From an uncultured Nitrososphaerota archaeon (GTDB lineage Archaea > Thermoproteota > Methanomethylicia > Methanomethylicales > Methanomethylicaceae), in assembly GCA_964513415.1 (NCBI GenBank), contig CAZEMX010000004.1, positions 1 to 50,054 of the forward strand: DNA of 50,054 nucleotides, read 5' to 3'. Each line of letters opens with the position of its first letter. Position 1 is the stretch's first letter. The position numbers and the translations under genes are program-made. Of this stretch, positions 26,235 to 34,814 are shown in pieces. The notes beneath the pieces were generated by a model, which saw only the letters and a list, made by a program, of their open reading frames with translations, was not told where the DNA came from and ran no database searches.

Positions 26235-27236
26235 ATGGCGCAACTCTTCAAGGTTCCTGACGGCACGCCGCTGGTCGGCGCGGTGGCGTTCGGACTGATT
26301 GACAGGGGGACCAACGTGATCCAGGTAAGGCCATCATCATCTTGCCCCCTGAGCTGCGTCTTCTGCTCCACGGATGCAGGGCCGTGCAGCCACAGGCGCA
26401 GGGCCGAGTATACGGTCGGGCTGGACCACCTCATGGAATGGTTCAGGGCAATGGCTGCAATCAAGGGAGAGGGCATAGAGGCGCACATAGACACTGTGGG
26501 CGACCCGTTCACTTACCCAAATCTGGCGGACCTTGTGCAGGGGCTGGCGGATACAGAGGGAGTCAGCACCATCTCGCTCCAGACTCATGGCGTGCTCATG
26601 GACGAGGCGAACGCTTCCGAACTGGCGGATGCCGGCCTCGACCGGATCAACCTGTCCATAGACTCGACCGACCCGGAGCAGGCGAGGATCCTCTCAGGCA
26701 CGCCCGGCTACGACCTCCTGAAGGTCATAAGGACCGCCAAATATGTCTGCTCCGAGACGGGCATGGACCTGCTGGTGGCGCCGGTCTGGGTCCACCCTCT
26801 TAACGACGGGGAGCTGGGGAAGCTCGTGCGCCTCGCAAAGGACATTGGCGCAGGCAGGAGGTGGCCGATGATGGGCATACAGAAGTGCGAGTTCCACCCC
26901 CACGGCAGGAGGGTGAAGGGCATGAAACAGGTCTCATGGTACGAGTTCTACCGCAGGATGAAGGAGGTCGGTGATGCGGAGAGGGTGAGCCTCGTGCTCA
27001 AGCCCTCGGACTTTGGGATAAGGCCGGCGAATGCCCTTGCGGTCCCCTACAGGCAGGGGGAGAAGGTGAGGGTGAGGATAATCGGACCAGGATGGCTGAG
27101 GGGCGAATCCCTTGCGGTCACGAGGGACGGCCAGAGGGCAGTCACGGTGGTCGGCGGGGAGCTTGACCAGGGTACGGACGTAAGGGTCAGGCTGCTCAGG
27201 ACGAAGGACAACATACTGATAGGCAGGCCTGCGTGA
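26235..27236 (+). CDS. Radical SAM protein (archaeal COG2100-like) with a TRAM-like C-terminal barrel
   Basis: CPLSCVFC is a CxxxCxxC motif at residues ~37-44. The C-terminal GEKVRVRIIGPGWLRGESLAV...VRVRLLRTKDNILIGRP is TRAM/OB-like. Confidence 0.75.
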   Translation: MAQLFKVPDGTPLVGAVAFGLIDRGTNVIQVRPSSSCPLSCVFCSTDAGPCSHRRRAEYTVGLDHLMEWFRAMAAIKGEGIEAHIDTVGDPFTYPNLADLVQGLADTEGVSTISLQTHGVLMDEANASELADAGLDRINLSIDSTDPEQARILSGTPGYDLLKVIRTAKYVCSETGMDLLVAPVWVHPLNDGELGKLVRLAKDIGAGRRWPMMGIQKCEFHPHGRRVKGMKQVSWYEFYRRMKEVGDAERVSLVLKPSDFGIRPANALAVPYRQGEKVRVRIIGPGWLRGESLAVTRDGQRAVTVVGGELDQGTDVRVRLLRTKDNILIGRPA

Positions 27237-27250
27237 GGTGGTAGTTGGTC

Positions 27251-28111
27251 ATGGGATCGAAGACTGGCGCGACTGCGGGGCTGCTGATCGCTGTTTTTGT
27301 GTGGGGGGTCTCATTCCCAGTATTGAAGGTTGCAGTCGGGGAGGTCGATCCGCTCCTCTTTATAAATATGAGGTTCCTGCTTGCCGCGCTGGTCGTCCTC
27401 GCATACCTGCTGGCGGCACGGCGCCCGATACGCAGGCTGGTCTCGGGCAAGATACTTTGGATTCTGGGCATAACCAACGGCTTGGGGTTCGTCATGGAGA
27501 TCTTCGGCCTCAACTTCACAACGGCGACGAATGCATCCCTCCTTGTCAACGTCAACGTGGTCTTCATGGCGATATTCAGCGCCTTGCTGCTGGGCGAGAG
27601 GATCAGACCCAGGGCGAAGGTCGGAATTGTCATTGGGCTTGTTGGAGTCTTCCTGATCACCACCGGCGGCGATATTACGACCATCTTTGGCGGGACGGTG
27701 ATGGGCGACATGATCATCTTCGCGGGGGGCGTGGTATGGGCATATTCCATGATCTACAACAAGAAGGCCGCCACGCAGCTGCGCATGACGGCGATGGAGG
27801 TGACCGAATCGATGACGCTGACATCGGCATTGACGGTCCTGCCTTTCCTTGCGTTCTCCAGCTTCAGCTTCTCGCCAACCCCGATCGCCCTTGCGTCCGT
27901 GGCATACACCGCGGTCTTCTGCACAATTGTGGCATTCTTCCTCTTCTATAGGTCTCTAAGGGTCCTCACCGTGGTGAACACGGGGGTCATAATGCTCCTT
28001 GAGATAGTTGTAGCGATATTGGTCTCCTCTGCGTTTCTGGGGGAGGCGCTGCCGCCCGTCGGGATGGCCGGCGGCGCCCTCATTGGGCTTGCAATATTCT
28101 TAGTCGCCTGA
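27251..28111 (+). CDS. EamA/DMT-family transporter
   Basis: Ten hydrophobic segments in two repeated halves. FVWGVSFPVLKVAV and YRSLRVL are motifs typical of EamA domains. Start trimmed to the ATG at 27251. Confidence 0.8.
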   Translation: MGSKTGATAGLLIAVFVWGVSFPVLKVAVGEVDPLLFINMRFLLAALVVLAYLLAARRPIRRLVSGKILWILGITNGLGFVMEIFGLNFTTATNASLLVNVNVVFMAIFSALLLGERIRPRAKVGIVIGLVGVFLITTGGDITTIFGGTVMGDMIIFAGGVVWAYSMIYNKKAATQLRMTAMEVTESMTLTSALTVLPFLAFSSFSFSPTPIALASVAYTAVFCTIVAFFLFYRSLRVLTVVNTGVIMLLEIVVAILVSSAFLGEALPPVGMAGGALIGLAIFLVA

Positions 28112-28172
28112 ATGGCGGCGCCGGCGTCCAGCACCTGGGGATGGCGGGCTAGCAGCCAAGCCGGCTGATGGA

Positions 28173-28583
28173 TCATCCCTCGACCATCACGGAGAACTTC
28201 ATGTGCTTCATGTGAAGGTCCGCCTTCAGCCCATCGATCAGCCTCTTCAGCCGGGCGGCATCCCCCTTTATTACCATCACCTCGAGGCAGCTGTCATTGC
28301 TGAGGTGAGAGTGGAGGTAAGAGGTTATGATGTCACCGAATTCGTGCTGGAGGCTGATGTGCCCGTCGTTCTTCTCTTCCTTGTCGTAGAGCACGGTTAT
28401 GGTCGCAATGACGCCCCCCTTCATCTCGCTGAGGTCCCTGTACTCGGAGATGTACTTCCTGACGGCCTGCCGGATCACCTCGGACCTGCTCGCAGACCAC
28501 TCCTCGCCAAGCACGGCATCCAGATCGGCGAGCAGCTCGTCGGGGATCGAGAGGCTTACTACGACCACGTTCATCGACTCCAA
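28173..28583 (-). CDS. nikR: Nickel-responsive regulator NikR (RHH plus ACT-like metal-binding domain)
   Basis: N-terminal ribbon-helix-helix (VVVSLSIPDELLADLDAVL...SRSEVIRQAVRKYI). C-terminal HSHLSNDSCLEV matches the NikR H-x-H...C high-affinity Ni site pattern. Confidence 0.85.
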   Translation of the reverse strand: MESMNVVVVSLSIPDELLADLDAVLGEEWSASRSEVIRQAVRKYISEYRDLSEMKGGVIATITVLYDKEEKNDGHISLQHEFGDIITSYLHSHLSNDSCLEVMVIKGDAARLKRLIDGLKADLHMKHMKFSVMVEG

Positions 28584-28625
28584 ATTCGCATTATACTAAT
28601 CTCGGCATCCTGCAATATAACTGAT

Positions 28626-29444
28626 TCATCTTCGGCCAATCAGCGCAGATATGATGAACATTCCGAGCAGGGCGAATACGATGACGCCGCTTGTGGCCAC
28701 GTCGTATGCCGCCGAGAGGAAGAGGCCCGCGACAACCCCGGCTATGCCGAGGATTACCGTTGCGACCATCGTCTTCTTGAATGACAGGCGCAGCTGGAGG
28801 GCGGAGAGCGCAGGGATCACGATTAGGGCGATGACTAGTATGATGCCGATTATCTTTATCGAGACGACTATGGTGACCGCGACCATGATGTTGAACGCCG
28901 ACGAGATGATCTCGACTGGTATGCCGGTGAGCCTTGACGACTCCTCGTCGAAGGAGATGCAGAGGAGCTCCTTGTAGAAGATCGAGAGGAAGAGCAGGGC
29001 GGAGATGCTCAGGACCGATACGATGAGGAGGTCGGCGTAGCTGATGGTCAGGATGGAGCCGAAGAGGTAGCTGAACAGCTCAACGCTGAAGCCGCCTGCC
29101 AGGCTGATTATTATCAGACCGGTCGAGAAGCCCAGCGCCAGCATCACGGCGATGGCAGAGTCGGATTGGGCGAGGCCCTTCTTCCGCATGTAGGAGATGC
29201 CGAGCACCGCTATCGCGGAGATCAGCAGTGCCGGAAGGATCGGGTTGATCGAGAAGAAGACCCCGATGGCAATGCCACCGAATGCGGTGTGCGCAATCCC
29301 ATCAACTATCATGGACTCCTTCCTCAGGATCAGGAAGAGGCCTATCCATGCGCACGCAAGGGTCGCAAGAATCCCGCCTGTAAGGGCGTACTGGAAGAAC
29401 TGGTAGCCGAGCAGCTTCAGGAGAACAGGCAGGAAATCAATCAT
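28626..29444 (-). CDS. Metal ABC transporter permease (ZnuB/TroCD, ABC-3 family)
   Basis: Polytopic ABC-3-type sequence (DGIAHTAFGGIAIG...). Start trimmed to the ATG at 29444 (MIDFLPVLL), overlapping the ATPase stop by 8 nt. Confidence 0.85.
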   Translation of the reverse strand: MIDFLPVLLKLLGYQFFQYALTGGILATLACAWIGLFLILRKESMIVDGIAHTAFGGIAIGVFFSINPILPALLISAIAVLGISYMRKKGLAQSDSAIAVMLALGFSTGLIIISLAGGFSVELFSYLFGSILTISYADLLIVSVLSISALLFLSIFYKELLCISFDEESSRLTGIPVEIISSAFNIMVAVTIVVSIKIIGIILVIALIVIPALSALQLRLSFKKTMVATVILGIAGVVAGLFLSAAYDVATSGVIVFALLGMFIISALIGRR

Positions 29445-30216
29445 TCTTGAATTCCCCCTTGCACTCATGTCTGTGGTAGACGAAGTGGAAGTGCTCCCCA
29501 TAAGCCTCCCTGAGGACGCTGTTCGGATCGGTGTCGGGGCTTATGTCGGAGACGTTCACGCCCCTGTTTACGCATATGACCTTGGACATCCGGCAGAAGA
29601 CGGCAGCAAGGTCGTGGGAGACCATCAGTATCGTTATGCCTCGCGCGGTGTTCAGGTCGCTCATCTTCTGGTAGAACCGCTCCTGCGTGGCAGCATCTAT
29701 GCCAGCGATCGGCTCGTCCAGAAATATGATCTCAGGGTTCCTGACGAGCGCCTTGGCAACGAAGGCGCGCTGCTTCTGCCCGCCGGAGAGCTGGCCCACA
29801 CGCATCTCTCCGATATCCAGGAGCCCCATGAAGTCCAGGGCATCATCCACTGCGTGCCAGTCCTCCCGATTCAATGGTCTTCCGAGGTTGCCTCTCTTGA
29901 CCCGCCCAAGCGAGACGAGCTCGCGCACTGTGATGGGGAAGTTCGAGTCGAAGTTTATTGCGTCCTGGGAGACGTAGGCGACGCGCTCCCAGCTCGAGAA
30001 TGAGGATGCATCCTGACCGAAGATGCGTATGCTGCCGCTCTGGGCGGGGATGATCCCCAAGATCGCCAAGAACAGGGTCGTCTTCCCACCGCCGTTTGGG
30101 CCCACTATACCTACATAGTCCCGGCGCATTATCTTGAAAGAGGCGTCCTTTACGACCAAGGAGCCGGACCTTGCGATGTTTAGGCGCTCCACTTCGAGGA
30201 CGCATTCGGTTGTCAA
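29437..30216 (-). CDS. Metal ABC transporter ATP-binding protein (ZnuC-like)
   Basis: Walker A GPNGGGKTT, signature LSGGQKQR, Walker B IIFLDEP. Confidence 0.9.
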   Translation of the reverse strand: MTTECVLEVERLNIARSGSLVVKDASFKIMRRDYVGIVGPNGGGKTTLFLAILGIIPAQSGSIRIFGQDASSFSSWERVAYVSQDAINFDSNFPITVRELVSLGRVKRGNLGRPLNREDWHAVDDALDFMGLLDIGEMRVGQLSGGQKQRAFVAKALVRNPEIIFLDEPIAGIDAATQERFYQKMSDLNTARGITILMVSHDLAAVFCRMSKVICVNRGVNVSDISPDTDPNSVLREAYGEHFHFVYHRHECKGEFKND

Positions 30217-30249
30217 GACAGCACACCAGCGGCGTTAAGATGCCTTTGT

Positions 30250-31212
30250 CTAGGGTACACCAAGACCCAGCTTGAGATTTAAAAGATTTGCCTCCATCTG
30301 GTCGAAGTAATCCATCTCGCCTATGGGCCCAAGCATCAGGTAGAGGTTTGAGATTGTAACGGCCTGGCTTGTCCTCAGCTCCAACTCGGCCTTCAGGGTA
30401 GAGGCGTAGCTGTTGGTGTAAACAGGGTCAAGGAATATGACATATGTATCATGCTCAATCATCAGGTCTACGATTCCTGCCAAGGCAGATGCGCTCGGCT
30501 GTTCGTCGGCGGAGATTCCTATGACCGAGACCTGCTCGAAGCCATATCTGTCAGCGAGGTATCCAAATGCGCCATGGGTCACGAAGATGACGCTCTTCGT
30601 CTTCGCGGACAGGTTGAGGGTGTACGCCTGATCAAGGCTGTCGAATTTGGCGCTCAGGGATGCCCAGCGCTGCGCATAGTATCCGCTGTGCAAAGGGTCG
30701 ACCTGGACGAGGGCGTCGTATATCTTCTGCGCCTGCAGCTTTGCCAACGCAGGGCTTATCCACGTGTGTGGGTCGTACTCGCCGTGCTCCTCAGCCTCAG
30801 ATCCGGCTATGAGCGAGAGGTTTGCAGTCGTCTCAACAACCACCTTTCCATTGGTGTTGATCGCAGCCAGCAAGTCCTCCTCAAACCAGTGATCGAGGCC
30901 TGCACCGTTATAGATCAGGATGTCCGCGTCGCTGGCCGCCAATATACTGGAGGTGGAGGGCTGCCAAGAGTGGACCTCTGTGTTGTAAGGTATGAGTGAA
31001 GCAACTGAAGCGTATTCGCCGCCTATCTCAGAGGCGAAGTAAGCAAGGGGGTAGAACGAAGCCAGCACATGTATTTTGCCATCTTCCGAGCCTGGCCTCT
31101 GCGACATCGTATAAACTGCCCCAGCAACGACGGCTATAACAACAATGACTGATAAAGCCAACACGCGTTCGCGCTTCAAATGCATCGCCATGCGGTATTC
31201 GCCCGCAGTCAT
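30250..31212 (-). CDS. Metal-binding lipoprotein / solute-binding protein (ZnuA/TroA, cluster A-I)
   Basis: N-terminal anchor LALSVIVVIAVVAGAV. Contains ASFYPLAYFASEIGG, DPHTWISP and VTHGAFGYLADRYG, which are typical ZnuA/TroA motifs. Confidence 0.85.
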   Translation of the reverse strand: MTAGEYRMAMHLKRERVLALSVIVVIAVVAGAVYTMSQRPGSEDGKIHVLASFYPLAYFASEIGGEYASVASLIPYNTEVHSWQPSTSSILAASDADILIYNGAGLDHWFEEDLLAAINTNGKVVVETTANLSLIAGSEAEEHGEYDPHTWISPALAKLQAQKIYDALVQVDPLHSGYYAQRWASLSAKFDSLDQAYTLNLSAKTKSVIFVTHGAFGYLADRYGFEQVSVIGISADEQPSASALAGIVDLMIEHDTYVIFLDPVYTNSYASTLKAELELRTSQAVTISNLYLMLGPIGEMDYFDQMEANLLNLKLGLGVP

Positions 31213-31241
31213 TTATTAATTTTTTGTTATTTTTTAATAAA
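31212..31241. promoter_or_regulatory. AT-rich inverted repeat over the znuA-like promoter (candidate NikR operator)
   Basis: TTTATTAA (31212-31219) - N14 - TTAATAAA (31234-41). It brackets a TTTTTATTA TATA-like box about 27 nt upstream of the ATG at 31212. Confidence 0.35.
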
Positions 31242-31400
31242 AATGGTGCCATAAAGCAGGGCATTTTATTAATCATCAGATACGACCAAGCACAACCATA
31301 GCAGGGGCGGCAGAAGGCAGGTACTTCAGCGGCGGGGAGAGGTTGAAAGCTTTTAAGCGATCATCACCATTAGGTCCCATTGTGTCGGTGAAGAAGGCTC

Positions 31401-32213
31401 ATGCCAAGCAAACTGCATCATGAGGCGTTCATCTTCGACCTTGACGGCTGCATCTACCGCGGCAACAGCGTTATTGAGGGGGCGCCAGAGGTCGTTGAGG
31501 CACTGAGAAGGAAGGGGAGGAAGGTGCTCTTCCTGACAAACAATTCGACGAAGACCCCAAGGCAGTTCGTCGAAAAGCTTGCCTGCATGGGGATAGCAGC
31601 AGATGATGCAGATATAATGACCTCATCGATAGCCACTGCGAATTACTTGAGCGGTAGGAGGGGAGGCGCGGGAAGGGGAAAGGGAGGAGGCAGCTGCTAC
31701 ATCATTGGCGAGGGGGGGCTATGCGCCGCTCTGAGATCTGAGGGCTTTGAGCTCCTAGACGAGGGCAGGGCGGCGGAGGCGGATTACGTGGTGTGCGGCC
31801 TGGACATGAAGGCGACCTATGAGAAGCTTGCGGCGGCCTGCGTCGCCATCCAGAATGGCGCAAAGTTCATCGCCACCAACGCCGACCCGAAACTGCCGGT
31901 CGAAGGGGGATATCTGCCCGGGGCAGGCAGCATAGTCCGATTGATAGAGGAGGCCACAGGGGCCAGGCCGCTCATCATCGGTAAGCCATCGCCCAGGATA
32001 GTGCGCATGGCGCTGGCGAGGCTGGGCACGGCGGCAAGGGAGACAGCAATGGTAGGCGATACGCTCAACATGGACATCAAGGCAGGCAGGGCAGCCGGAC
32101 TCTTCACGATCCTTGTCCTGACCGGCGCGGCAGACAGGAGGGCGGTCAGTTCGAGCAGGGTCAAGCCGGATATCGTTCTTGATAGCGTCGCAGGGCTGTC
32201 AACGCTGATCTGA
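31401..32213 (+). CDS. HAD-IIA family phosphatase (NagD-like)
   Basis: FIFDLDGCIYRG (motif I DxDG), LTNNS (motif II), GKPS (motif III Lys), VGDTLNMDI (motif IV). Confidence 0.8.
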   Translation: MPSKLHHEAFIFDLDGCIYRGNSVIEGAPEVVEALRRKGRKVLFLTNNSTKTPRQFVEKLACMGIAADDADIMTSSIATANYLSGRRGGAGRGKGGGSCYIIGEGGLCAALRSEGFELLDEGRAAEADYVVCGLDMKATYEKLAAACVAIQNGAKFIATNADPKLPVEGGYLPGAGSIVRLIEEATGARPLIIGKPSPRIVRMALARLGTAARETAMVGDTLNMDIKAGRAAGLFTILVLTGAADRRAVSSSRVKPDIVLDSVAGLSTLI

Positions 32214-32267
32214 TCGTGCAGAATAGGGCAGGACAAGAAAGGGCAGGACCGGACAGGATACCCTAAT

Positions 32268-32293
32268 TTTTTAAATGAACGGCTCAAAAAAAA
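32268..32293 (+). promoter_or_regulatory. Conserved promoter box upstream of purC
   Basis: TTTTTAAATGAACG (32268-32281) followed by an A8 run. The 14-mer is identical to 33254-33267, upstream of purF. Confidence 0.45.
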
Positions 32294-32334
32294 TAAAATA
32301 GGGTGCAGCAGAGTGTGTATTCTGGTGGCGGCAA

Positions 32335-33264
32335 TTGTCGTTTGTTGAGGACCCCTTGACGGGGAAAGAGGTAGAGGTCATCGGGCGTTCTGACCTTAAG
32401 ACGGGAATAGTGAAGAGGGGAAAGGTCAGGGATGTCTATGACGTTGGAAATGAGCTCCTGATATTCCACACTGACAGGGTCTCTGCCTTCGATGTGATAC
32501 TTCCCACGCTGATCCCCAACAAGGGCACGTCACTCCTAAAGCTCTCGGCATACTGGATGCAGAAGAGCAGGAAGGTCTTCCCCAACCACCTCTTGGAGGT
32601 TATCGACGACAGGACGATAAGGGTAACCAAGGCGAAGAGGGTGGACGTGGAATGGGTTGTCCGCAAGTACCTATATGGCTCGCTCTGGAGGGCCTACAGC
32701 AAGGGCAGGCGGGAGATGTACGGCATTAGGTTCCCGGACGGCCTGCAAATGGCGGATGAGCTCCCATCCCCGGTAATAACGCCGACCACAAAGGCAGATG
32801 TCGGCCACGACGAGGAGATCTCGAAGGAGCAGGCACTTGAGAGGGGGATCGTCGACAGGCAGACTTGGAACGATCTGGAGGAGGGGACCCTGCGGCTCTT
32901 CGAATTCTACGAGACCGAGGCCAAGAATAGGGGAATAATAATACCCGACTTCAAGATAGAGTTCGGGTTTGCTAACCGCGAACTTATCCAGATAGATGAG
33001 CCGCCGACGCACGACTCAGCCAGGATGTGGGCGATCAAGTACTACAGGAGCGGTGAGGCACAGGAGATGCACTGCCTAGACAAGGAGTTCCTGAGGGAAT
33101 GCCTCAGGAGGATGGGGTTCACCGGGGAGGGCAAGGCTCCGGAGCTGCCAAGGGAGGTCGTCAGGGAAGTCGTGAAGAGGTGCGTTGGCGCCAAGAGGGT
33201 CATTGCGGACGGGGCCAGCGTTGATGAACTTGGGCTCGCAAGCGTGGATGAAATTTTTAAATGA
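32335..33264 (+). CDS. purC: SAICAR synthetase
   Basis: GKVRDVYD and HTDRVSAFD motifs, about 300 aa. The exact start is uncertain. Confidence 0.9.
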   Translation: MSFVEDPLTGKEVEVIGRSDLKTGIVKRGKVRDVYDVGNELLIFHTDRVSAFDVILPTLIPNKGTSLLKLSAYWMQKSRKVFPNHLLEVIDDRTIRVTKAKRVDVEWVVRKYLYGSLWRAYSKGRREMYGIRFPDGLQMADELPSPVITPTTKADVGHDEEISKEQALERGIVDRQTWNDLEEGTLRLFEFYETEAKNRGIIIPDFKIEFGFANRELIQIDEPPTHDSARMWAIKYYRSGEAQEMHCLDKEFLRECLRRMGFTGEGKAPELPREVVREVVKRCVGAKRVIADGASVDELGLASVDEIFK

Positions 33265-33277
33265 ACGTATAAAAAAA
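33254..33277 (+). promoter_or_regulatory. Conserved promoter box upstream of purF (overlaps the purC stop)
   Basis: TTTTTAAATGAACG (33254-33267) followed by an A7 run (33271-33277). Confidence 0.45.
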
Positions 33278-33335
33278 GTTTAAAAGCTTTGCAGTAAATA
33301 CCAATGTTCATAGTAAAGGGAGCGGGGGTTATCTT

Positions 33336-34814
33336 TTGCTCAAGGAGAAGTGCGGGGTATTTGGGGCCAAGTGCGCCGGCGGCAAGGGCGCATTCGTGCC
33401 GCTCTACTGGGGGCTCGTCGCCCAGAACCACAGGGGGCACGAATCTTATGGATTCCTTACGTATTCGGACGGCTTCAAGAGGTATGTCGACCTGGGACTC
33501 GTCCCGCGCATTGAGAAGGAGGAGCTGATCAGGTGGAACACCCTGCTTCCGGGTAGCGTCGGCATATCACATGTGAGATACGGCACATCGGGGCACCGCG
33601 ACGTCTACTCTCACCTCAAGGATGCGCAGCCGATGGTTGTGACCAACGGAAAGGAGAAGCTGGGCATCGCTTTCAATGGCAACCTGGTGAATATAGGCTG
33701 GCTGAGGGAGATCGTCTCTAAGACACACATAAAGCTCAAGACATGCTCAGACACGGAGCTGCTGGCGAGATATCTGGCGGGCAACATGGGAAGCAGCACC
33801 GCTGAGGGCATCGTCAGGTGCATGAACGACATAGAGGGAGCATACTCCGTCGTAGGGCTGAGGTCGGATGGGGAGCTCTTCGCGTTCAGGGATCCTCTAG
33901 GTATAAGGCCCCTCTGTCTAGGGGCGAGCAGGGACGGGACAGTAACCGCAGTCTCATCGGAGACGGTCGGCCTGGACATCAACAGCCTTGACGTGATAGG
34001 CGACGTGGAGCCGGGCGAGGCGGTGATATTCTCGAAGGAGAGCGTTGAGCGGCAGCGTCTCGTCAAGTGCAACAAGAGGGCGTTCTGCGGCTTCGAGTTC
34101 TCGTACTTTGCCAGGCCGGATTCGATAATCAACGGGAGGACGGTCTACAGCGTCAGGGAGGAGTTCGGCAGGAACCTTGGGAGGAAGTACCAAGAGATCG
34201 TGAGAGATGCCGACGTGATAATATCGATCCCCGAGACAGCGGATGATGCGGCATATGGCCTGCACGAAGAGACAGGGCTGAGGTGGGAGAGGGGCCTCAG
34301 GAGGCACAGGTATGTTACGCAGCGCGCATTCATACTCGAGTCGGACGACAGATCATCAACTATAGACAGGAAGATCAACGTCGTGAACGGGAGCCTGCGC
34401 GGCAAGCGCGTCATAGTGGTCGAGGACAGCATCGTCAGGGGCGACACTACCAAGACAATAATCAAGAAGCTGAGGGAGCGCGGAGCGGAGAAGGTATACA
34501 TGTTCGTCACCTTCCCCCGGATTACGCATCCGTGCTTCTACGGAATTGACATGGCAACGTTCACGGAGCTCATCGGATTCTCGTATGACGAGGCAGGGAT
34601 AGCCAAGCAGATAGGGGCGGACGCGGTCTGCTTCCAGAGCATCGACGACTACGTCAGGGCCACTGGGATGCAGGGGAAGGACCTATGCATGGCGTGCGCC
34701 TGCGGCAAATATCCGACAGAGCTCGCGCAGAAGATTGCTGACAGGTCGAGGAACGTGGTCAGCACCGACAGAAACAGGATATATGAAAAGGCAAATTTGA
34801 ATCAGGAGGCATGA
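33336..34814 (+). CDS. purF: Amidophosphoribosyltransferase (glutamine-PRPP amidotransferase) with a short propeptide
   Basis: M(TTG)LKEK-CGVFGA (Ntn Cys after a 5-aa propeptide), AFNGNLVN (oxyanion Asn-Gly), PRPP loop VIVVEDSIVRGDTT, C-terminal CMACACGKYP (Fe-S ligands of Bacillus-type PurF). Confidence 0.9.
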   Translation: MLKEKCGVFGAKCAGGKGAFVPLYWGLVAQNHRGHESYGFLTYSDGFKRYVDLGLVPRIEKEELIRWNTLLPGSVGISHVRYGTSGHRDVYSHLKDAQPMVVTNGKEKLGIAFNGNLVNIGWLREIVSKTHIKLKTCSDTELLARYLAGNMGSSTAEGIVRCMNDIEGAYSVVGLRSDGELFAFRDPLGIRPLCLGASRDGTVTAVSSETVGLDINSLDVIGDVEPGEAVIFSKESVERQRLVKCNKRAFCGFEFSYFARPDSIINGRTVYSVREEFGRNLGRKYQEIVRDADVIISIPETADDAAYGLHEETGLRWERGLRRHRYVTQRAFILESDDRSSTIDRKINVVNGSLRGKRVIVVEDSIVRGDTTKTIIKKLRERGAEKVYMFVTFPRITHPCFYGIDMATFTELIGFSYDEAGIAKQIGADAVCFQSIDDYVRATGMQGKDLCMACACGKYPTELAQKIADRSRNVVSTDRNRIYEKANLNQEA

